Source: Amoebidium appalachense
Taxonomy: Eukaryota; Protista; Ichthyosporea
Direction: 5' to 3'
DNA length: 64,000 bases
Assembly (NCBI GenBank): GCA_963693365.1
Contig: CAVNZM010000001.1
Coordinates: 20,902,125 to 20,966,124, forward strand
The notes under the pieces are model-generated. The model made no database searches. It saw only the letters and a program-made list of their open reading frames with translations, and was not told the DNA's origin. How positions within the stretch are numbered: position 1 is the stretch's first letter; each line of letters begins with the position of its first letter. This document shows, piece by piece, positions 55,260-64,000 of this stretch. The position numbers and the translations under genes are program-made.

Positions 55260-56974
55260 CATATAGGCGCTGTGCCGATGTCAGAAGTTTAAGTGGACTG
55301 CAACCCAACCTTTTAGGTATATATTGACATCCAAATAGTATAGGTTTACTACGAAAAAGATATCAGAACTTATCGTTATAGCATCTTTACATTCTCCTGC
55401 TGATATCATTATATACATGTTGACATCCAAATGGTATAAGTTTATGGCTAAAAAGATATCAGAACTTATCAATATAGCATCTTTACATTCACCTGATGTC
55501 CATCTTGCGATGCTTAAAAGTGCACGGAATCGATCTAGCCTGGGTCCAAAAGATGCCTCGAACCCATCCCAGGAATCTCATGATGACCATCCAAAACACA
55601 TCAAAGGGACAATTGCAAGACACCATAATGTGCATATATAGATTCATCTTCAGACAACTAACGGCTCCTGAAAAGTGCATACAAGGACCACTTAAAGACC
55701 CTAGAGAGATGCTGTGGACTCCATTCTAGTATGAGAATTGCATCCAGCAACATTATAGCATCTATATATGCCTATCATGTCACACACACAGTGCACCGGG
55801 TAATCCACAAACCATCTATGACGTCGTGGATGTGGACCATCGCAAAGATCACATAGAGACCCTAACTAGATATCATAAAGTGCACATGCTGTGCCTAGAA
55901 CAGGGATAAATCAGGAATGATTATATAATATGCACCAGAAATACACTTAGACATCTGAGGGTACCTAGGGGGTACATATGGATGGGAAAAGGATAGGATA
56001 TTCAGAGATCTGTAATACCACATCATCAACACCATAGGTCCACATGTAGATGCCTTCAAGTGCACGGAATCGATCGAGCCAGGGTCAAAAAGATGTCACA
56101 AACCCATCCCAGAAACCTCATGATGATCATCCGAAAGGCATCTAAAATACCACGTAAAGGCCATATAAGATGCAAATATGGTTTTCCCTCATGACAACTA
56201 AATGGTCCTAAAAGGTTCATTAACAGACCACTTAAAGACGTCAAAAAGATGCTGTATACCAGGAATAGCGTCCAGCAACATTAAAGCAACCATATATGCC
56301 TATCATGTGCACCACCCAATCCACATACCATCTATGACGTCGTGGATGAGGTCCATCTACAAGAGCACATACAGACACTTTGTCGATCATCAAAAGTGCA
56401 TATGGTGTGCATATAACAGCGAAAAAACAATATGGATCGTATAAAATGCACTAAAACTAGTCTTGGACATCATAGGGGACTTAGGGGGTAGAAATGGATG
56501 GGAAGAAAATATGATCATATAAAGTGGTCCATATAATGTCTATGTGCACCGGAAATAAACTAGAAGTACACTTGGACGTCCTGGAGTACTTAGGGTGTAC
56601 TTTGGGATGGGTACAAGAAAAGAGCATTTAATGTGGTCTTTAGATGGTCCATATCACCACCCAAACCCCACCAAATTGTGTTTGGAAAATTTTGAACATC
56701 GGGGCATTTAATATGCATTTAGGATGGGTTGTAGATCATTTCATGACACCATTGTAGATGCCTTGCGGTGCTGTTCTGGATGATGGATGATATCAAGTCC
56801 CCTTTATCCCCTCCTGGACATCATAGATGAGTTATGGATAGTGGCCATCCAAATTGTTTACGACCCCCACATCCCATCTAGATGTCATCATGTAGGTAGG
56901 TTGTGGTGGATGTGTGGGGTGGATATGGTGGGAGGACCCCCAAAAGGTGTCCTGGATGGGATCCGGATCGCCGA
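55260..56974. repeat. Right subterminal region with internal duplications (about 97-bp and 540-bp periods)
   Basis: TTGACATCCAAAT..AAAAAGATATCAGAACTTATC near 55324 and 55420. AAGTGCACGGAATCGATC..GCC.GGGTC near 55518 and 56058. Many GACATC/GATGTC motifs. Confidence 0.8.
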
Positions 56975-57062
56975 ACAAGATTGCTGATGACCCTTAAGCA
57001 CCCCAGCGAGCCCACCCCCAACTCCCCCCCCCGCCGGCCCGCCCCCCCCCCCCCGCGCCCGT

Positions 57063-57122
57063 AACAGCAAGAGCGAAGTATTCACTTGTTTGTATTCGTG
57101 TCTGCTTTCCTCCTTTGTGCTC

Positions 57123-57208
<86 letters not shown>

Positions 57209-60200
57209 CCCCCCCCCCCCCCCCCCGTATCTCTCTCTCCCTTGTTTCTGTGGGCACAGATATCTGTAGATCTGTGCACACCTGGCTCTCTTGCCTGATA
57301 AGAACTTATTGTGTTTTTATTTCTATTTGCTCTCCTCTGTTTATCTGAGAGGTAGCGTGATTGGCTAGCCTCACTCGTTGTCTTTCCTTTATTTCAAAAT
57401 GGCCTAGTTTGTTCTCAAAAGGATGGCTCGCCAATAGTCGCGAGTGAGTACTGATGTACATCTGTAGATTGTGTTGTGCATTCCTGTCTGTTAATATATG
57501 TGTGTTGTGATTGGACAATAGATATATATGGAATTCGGTTTATTGCAAAGTGTCTTCACTTTGAGAGTGTCGACTGTTAGGAAATATATGTATTTAAATA
57601 AGTTTCTTTATAGAGACGAACATAAATATATATGTGAGTTAATAGTGACTAGATGTATAATTACTTAATTTATTTAAGTAAGAGTTTCTACACTTTAGTT
57701 TAATCGGAAGTTGGAAATCAATGCGTATGCTCTGTCGGAATGTGTTTTTCTATCTTCTGATAGAACCGATTGGTTCTCCCTCTTTAGTTGTGATAAGGTG
57801 ATAAGTCGCAAGTACAAAAGGAACCGAGAGCACAATAAAGATTCAGTTGTTGTTTGAAATCTTTCAATGTCTCGTGAACAACTCCGATCGCCCTCTCATT
57901 AATGTGTTAGTCGTGTTTTTACATGACACCTCTGTGCACTCTGCTCCCTTAGACCCGTACAAAACAACAGGTTAAAGGCCCATTTTCGCACGCTCTCGCA
58001 AACACATACTCTCGCTGCAATCAAAAATATTCAAATTTGAATACCGATCTGATTCCTCTCTCACGCATCATCTGACTGATTGATCACCATGTCGGAGAAA
58101 CCTGCGTATCTCAACCTCACCCCCTGGAAAGGGGATGACACCACGGACAAGAAGTCCGGCAAACGTCTCACCTATTATGAGTGGGAACCCGTCATCTTCC
58201 GGTACCTACGTACCACCACCGCGGCCAAGTTAGTGCCCGTCATCAAGGCCCCCGAGTGGGTCGACCCTTCCGACGAGAATGAGTGGCACGGCTACGACAC
58301 TGAGGAGGCCTACACCGAGGCTTCCAACCTCCTTGAACAGATGTTTACTCAACTCGTCTCCAATGATGAGCTGTATAACTCTGGTCAAATCCACGATGAT
58401 GTGTCACCTGCCCAAGCTTTCGGCACAACCTCCGTATGACCTATGCGGCTGAACGTGAAGATCGTGCTCGTCAAATCCTCCTCGACTACCATGAGCTTGA
58501 ACTCAAAGACTTCAAGACCGTCACGGCACCTACCTCACCATGGCACGCCGTCTGTGCACTACCCTGCACATCCTCGAAGAGCCCATTCCTCACAAGACTA
58601 TGGTTGATAACTTCTTCATCCACCTCAAGAAGAACCGTAAGTTAGTTTGTACCGACATCCAGGCCATGATTGCCGACTACTTCCGTCGTACCATTAACTA
58701 CGAGACCTACAACCGTCTAATCAGTGACATCAGAGCTGCAGAGATCCGTGAAGGTCTCATCGACTCTGGGTCCGGGTCCTCCTCCACCGTCCGAACAGCA
58801 CGTGCCCTGCAAAGCCGTGTACTCACCAAGGACGACCTCAGACACCGGATCCCCCGACGTGACAGCTCCGTCTCCCGTCACCCCCGCGGTCGTCCCACCG
58901 ATCGATCCCCCTCAGTTGACCGTGATTACTCACGGTCCCGTTCCCCCGGCTATCGTTCCCGGTCACCCTACCCCCCCACGTAAAGGGGGTAACCGTCATT
59001 CCCAGCCACCCCGAGCCAAGACCACTGGCTCCCTCGACTGTGCCTACTGTCACGAAGACCATCATGTCACACAGTGTGACAAACCTGGCTGCTCAATTGC
59101 CCGTCGTCACCGTGCCAACACCAAGTCTGGAAAAGAGGTGCATTTTGCCCTCGTGTCCACCACGGCCTCCCCTACCCATGGACCCCTGCTGGGACTCGGC
59201 TTCAAACGTCCACGTGTGCCCAGTAAAAGAGTACTTCTCTACTCTTGAGCCATGCCCCCCGACTGACGTCCACGGCCTCGGCATCGTCACTGCACATCAC
59301 CGTGGTGTCATCAACCTGGCCGTCACCTACAACGGAGTAACATCAGTACTGAGCCTCAACACCCTCTATGTACCCGACTCCCCAGCCTTCCTGATATCAC
59401 CCTCAATGGCCTCCAAGTCGGGTCTCCTTGCCCACCTCGATGATGAGGATGCATTCCCATCATACCTCTACACTCGTGGTGGCAACATCGTGTGTTCCCT
59501 CACAGGCACAGATGGACTGTACTTCATCACTGACTATGAGATACGTCCCTCCATCCCTCGGACCGTCACTGCTCTGGTAGCCAACGTCAAGGTCAACAAT
59601 GATCCTCAGCTCTGGCACCACCGTCTCGGCCATCGTGCCCTGTCCACCCTCACCAAGATGGTGAGAGGTGACCTCGTGACAGGCCTCCCCTCATCCCTCT
59701 CAGTGGCTGACACCACTGACTGCTTCGGTTGTGTCTCCGGCAAGACCACCAAGGCCCCATTAGTCCGGCACCAGAACCCAGTGCCCCTTCCCCGGTGCCA
59801 AGTGGCACATGGACTTCTTCGAGCCTCCCTGTGCCTCCTATGGTGGCTACAAGGTGGCCCTCGTGTGTACCTGTGATGCCTCCGGCTACACCATCGTGTA
59901 CCTCCTCCGTGATCGATCCGAAACTCTCGAATACGTCAAGGCCCTGGTTGAGACTACTGACAAGCAACCCGACAAGGTGGTGACCCACTTCCGTTCAGAC
60001 TCTGGGTCCGAGTTCACCTCCCACGCTATGGAGTGGCAGTACTGCCAGTCCAAGGGCATCATTCAAGAATTTGCCCCGGTTGACTGCCCCCAACTCAACG
60101 GCTTCGTTGAACGTAAGATGAGGGATCTGCAGGAGATCGTTCGGTGCTTCCTTCATCAGGACAAGGCCGACTCCCTTTCCCCCAAACTGTGGGGAGCTGC

Positions 60201-63200
60201 TCTCAAGCATGCTGCCTACATCATCAACGTGACCCCGGCCAGAGCTGCCAATGGCCGTACACCGTTTGAAATTTTCTACGGTGTCAAGCCTGACATCTCC
60301 CACCTGCACGTGTTCGGCTGCCCAGCCTATGTACACGTCCCTGCATCCAAACGAGACAAGTTGGCCTCTACCGTCAAACTCGGCACCTACGTGGGCTGGG
60401 ATATCACCAACAAAGCCCACAAGATCATGAATCTACGTGGCAACACGGTCAACCTCTACATCGATGTCGTCTTCGACGAATCACAATTCACCACGGCATC
60501 CAATCAGATTTCTGTGCAGGCCACCAATCAGACGACCTCAATCGATTCATCCCTGCATTCCGGAAATTCCAATTCCGATGACGATGAAATTCCGTCGGTG
60601 ATTATCCGTCGTTCCCCCCGTCGTGTACCTGCCCCCGTGGCTCCACCCACCCCCCCCCCCCCCACCGGTCAGCAACCCCTGCTGCCGGCCCCTGCCGTCA
60701 ATGACCACGTACCTGGTCATCTCACCCCGGTTCGTCCTGGGTCTCCGGAGTTCCACTCGGCCCCGTCCAGCCCCGTGTTATCCGACTCCCCCCTCAACAC
60801 GGCACCCATCCCTGGCTTCCAGGCCCCCATCCCCGACCACCGAGTGTCTGTCACAGACAACCCCCCCGGCCCCTGAGCCCCTCCGTACCGTTCCCCCGTC
60901 GTTCCTCCCGTCTCTCCTCCCGGCCTGCTATGGCTATGGTGAGCATCTCCCGACCCAGCCTTGATGTGTCTCAGCTGCCCCGGTCAATTCAGAAGCTGTG
61001 CTCTGGCACCAAGGGTGATGAAGTGGTGACTGCCCTCACTGCCGAGTACAAGGCTTTCATCGACAAGGACATCTTCGACGTAGTTGAGCCCCCCTCCGAT
61101 GCCAACATCATCCGATTCAAGTGGATTGTCACGGAGAAGGTCCTCAACTCTGCTGGTGACACCAAGATCAAGGGTCGTGGTGTGGCCAAGGGTTTCACCC
61201 AAGTCTACGGTGTTGACTACGGTGAAAACTCTTCCCCCGTCGTCATGTCCTCCTCCGTCCGTGCCCTGCTTGCCCTCGGTGTGCAACAGGACCACGAGAT
61301 CCATCAACTCGACATCAGCACGGCCTTCCTCAACAGCCCCCTCGACGAGACTTTGTACATGGAGCAACCTCCTGGTTTTATCCTCCCTGGCAATGAACAC
61401 AAAGTCTGGAAACTCAAGAAGGCCATCTACGGACTCAAGCAGGCATCCCTGGCATGGTACGAGTTCTTCAACTCCATTCTCATTGCCCACGGCCTCACCC
61501 GTCTCCGTTCCGATCCGTGTGTCTACTTCCGTCAGTTCCCCAACGGGCACATCATCCGTTCGGGCAACTACGTTGATGATGCCATCATCACCTGCACACG
61601 GAACTCCACCATCATGCAGGGGCTTGTTCGTCACATCACGAAGTCTGCCGAGTGCAAGGTCGGTCTGCCAGACATCTTCCTCGGCACCCAACTGCTGTAC
61701 ACCCGTGACTCCCTCAAGCTGCTGCAGTCCTCCTACATCAAGGACATCATCACCGACTTCAACCTGGTCGATGCCAAGCCTAAGGCCACCCCTATTCCCG
61801 TGGGCACCATCATCAACGAGACCTCCCACTCATCCCTGCCCACCACCGTCCCCTACCGTGAACTCCTCGGCCGTCTGCTGTGGGTTGCTCGGTGCTCCCG
61901 GCCTGACATCTCGTATGCCATTGGCTACCTCGGCCGATTCAGCTCCAAGCCCACCAAGACTGCCTGGGAGCTTCTCCTCCGTGTCGTTCGTTACCTGCTC
62001 GGCACCATCAACCTCGGCCTCTACTACAAGAAGAAGGCCCCCAACAGCAAGGTGCCCATCCTTGAGTGCTACTCGGATTCTGACTTTGCTGGTTGCCCCA
62101 CCACCCGTCGTTCCACGTCTGGGTACGTCATCCTCCTCAAAGGCTCCCCCGTCACCTACCACTCCAAGCTGCAGACGATCACTGCAACCTCCACGTGTGA
62201 GGCCGAGCTCCTGGCCCTCAATGCTGCCGTGCAAGATGTTGTCTGGCACCGTGATCTACTAAAGGAGCTGGGCTACCCCATGACCGAGCCCACCCCCGTG
62301 TACTGTGACAATCAGTCCACCATTGCTCTGGTCCACTCCAACACCATCAAGCACCGGACCAAGCACATTGCCGTTCGTTACTTCAACACAAAGGACTACA
62401 TCAACAGTGGGGACGTCACTGTCACCTACATCGACACCAAGAAGAACCTGGCCGACATCTTCACCAAGCCTCTGGCTGGTACGGCCCACGACACACACCG
62501 TGCCAACCTCAGTCTCCGTGACTGACCCGTGCACTCAGGCTGGTGTTCATCATCGAGTGGTTTCTGAGTAGGTTGGGGCCCTGGACAGCAGTTGACACAC
62601 CTACGGTGATCAAGATGCCTCCCAACGAAAGTCTACTACTCCTCATCGTTTCTCTTCATCAGTGCCAGGGGACTCAGTCTTCCATCGTCATATGTGTGCA
62701 TCTTCAGTGGGGATTATTCTCCACCATCCGTCGTTTATTTATATTCATATCCCACCATATATATTGGTTTTCTTCTATATTCGACTTATATATATGTCGA
62801 ACTGGGATGGCGTCCCAGTATAAATAATTATCTATAGCCATGACGTGCTGGTTGACTGCCAGTCTAAACCTAGTCCACGGGATGCACCTTCCCCGTGTCT
62901 TAACTGGTTGACCACCAGTCTATAAATCAGTCCACAAGATGTTCATGTCTTGTGTTTACCTGGGTGGTCCCCAGTATAAACCATTAGCCACCAACACGTC
63001 ACACATACACTAGTGTTTCCTATCTATATATATATATCGCCGATAACCACCATGATTTCTTATTTCGAGTCTTCAGAGGCAACCGTCGTTGTGTGCCTCT
63101 TCAGTTTTGATTCTCTCCTTCCCACCTCAAGGATCTTCGGTTTGCATCCTCGAGTGGGGAAACTTGAGTGTGACGGCCCCTCCTGTGTTTGGACCCCATC

Positions 63201-63374
63201 TACCGTCACATCAACAGACACGAGAACACAAACTTCAACCCCTTGAGTGGGGATGTTGGAATACGTCACCATGTATGACAGCAAGAGCCTTGAAGTATGT
63301 ATGTGTCCTAGCTTGTTTGTATTCGTGTCTGCTTTCCTCCTTTGTGCTCTCTCTCTCTCCTCTTTTCCTCTCTC

Positions 63375-63444
<70 letters not shown>

Positions 63445-64000
63445 CCCCCCCCCCCCCCCCCCCCGTATCTCTCTCTCCCTTGTTTCTGTGGGCACAGATA
63501 TCTGTAGATCTGTGCACACCTGGCTCTCTTGCCTGATAAGAACTTATTGTGTTTTATTTCTATTTGCTCTCCTCTGTTTATCTGAGAGGTAGCGTGATTG
63601 GCTAGCCTCACTCGTTGTCTTTCCTTTATTTCAAAATGGCCTAGTTTGTTCTCAAAAGGATGGCTCGCCAATAGTCGCGAGCGAGTACATCTGTAGATTG
63701 TGTTGTGCATTCCTGTCTGTTAATATATGTGTGTTGTGATTGGACAATAGATATATATGGAATTCGGTTTATTGCAAAGTGTCTTCACTTTGAGAGTGTC
63801 GACTGTTAGGAAATATATGTATTTAAATAAGTTTCTTTATAGAGACGAACATAAATATATATGTGAGTTAATAGTGACTAGATGTATAATTACTTAATTT
63901 ATTTAAGTAAGAGTTTCTACACTTTAGTTTAATCGGAAGTTGGAATGTGTATGCTCTGTCGGAATGTGTTTTTCTATCTTCTGATAGAACCGATTGGTTC
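57063..64000 (+). mobile_element. Ty1/Copia LTR retrotransposon, near full length. 5' LTR about 57063-57969 (start eroded), PBS 57970-57982, PPT 63245-63253, 3' LTR from 63254 past the window edge
   Basis: Two highly similar LTR copies; the 5' LTR ends CAACA and the 3' LTR starts TGTTG after GAGTGGGGA. Domain order is gag-PR-IN-RT-RH. Confidence 0.96.
58089..62525 (+). pseudogene. Copia gag-pol polyprotein, disrupted
   Basis: CCHC knuckle CAYCHEDHHVTQC; protease WDSASNVH; LWHHRLGH...CFGC; integrase RSDSGSEF...NGFVER; RT QLDISTAFLN, LKKAIYGLKQA and YVDD; RNase H YSDSDFAG...ADIFTKPL. Several frameshifts, and stops at 58981 and 60874. Confidence 0.93.

Noticed and set aside
60984-62534. Alternative-frame and antisense ORFs over Copia RT/RNase H
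   Set aside because: Shadows of the C-ending codon bias in pol.

Overview
Eukaryotic, intron-rich genomic DNA full of poly-G/C and (CA)n/(GA)n tracts. Most ORFs in the supplied track are simple-repeat artefacts. The style suggests a unicellular opisthokont such as an ichthyosporean, but that is inference. Host genes: a 4-exon alpha-tubulin (+), a convergent 7-exon PP6 catalytic subunit (-), a 3-exon coiled-coil/BTB/WD40 gene (-), and an unidentified, apparently decayed multi-exon gene (+, about 20.4-29.4 kb). The right half is a nest of mobile elements. Its centre is a 21.7-kb DNA transposon (35286-56989) with 15-bp terminal inverted repeats (CATCAGCAATCTTGT), a 2-bp AC target-site duplication (TSD) and subterminal repeats. 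It encodes an intact 9-exon, about 1043-aa Plavaka-type transposase. It also carries a divergent accessory gene with a histone-tail-like N-terminus, an uninterrupted KDM4-like JmjC histone-demethylase ORF nested in that gene's first intron, and an intronless C2H2-finger ORF. This is a candidate transposon-borne anti-silencing system. The element sits in a LINE fragment. A Copia solo LTR (CCACC TSD) has truncated its accessory gene, and a near-full-length decayed Copia element follows it. All exon boundaries were read by hand from GT-AG sites and frame continuity; no database searches were run.
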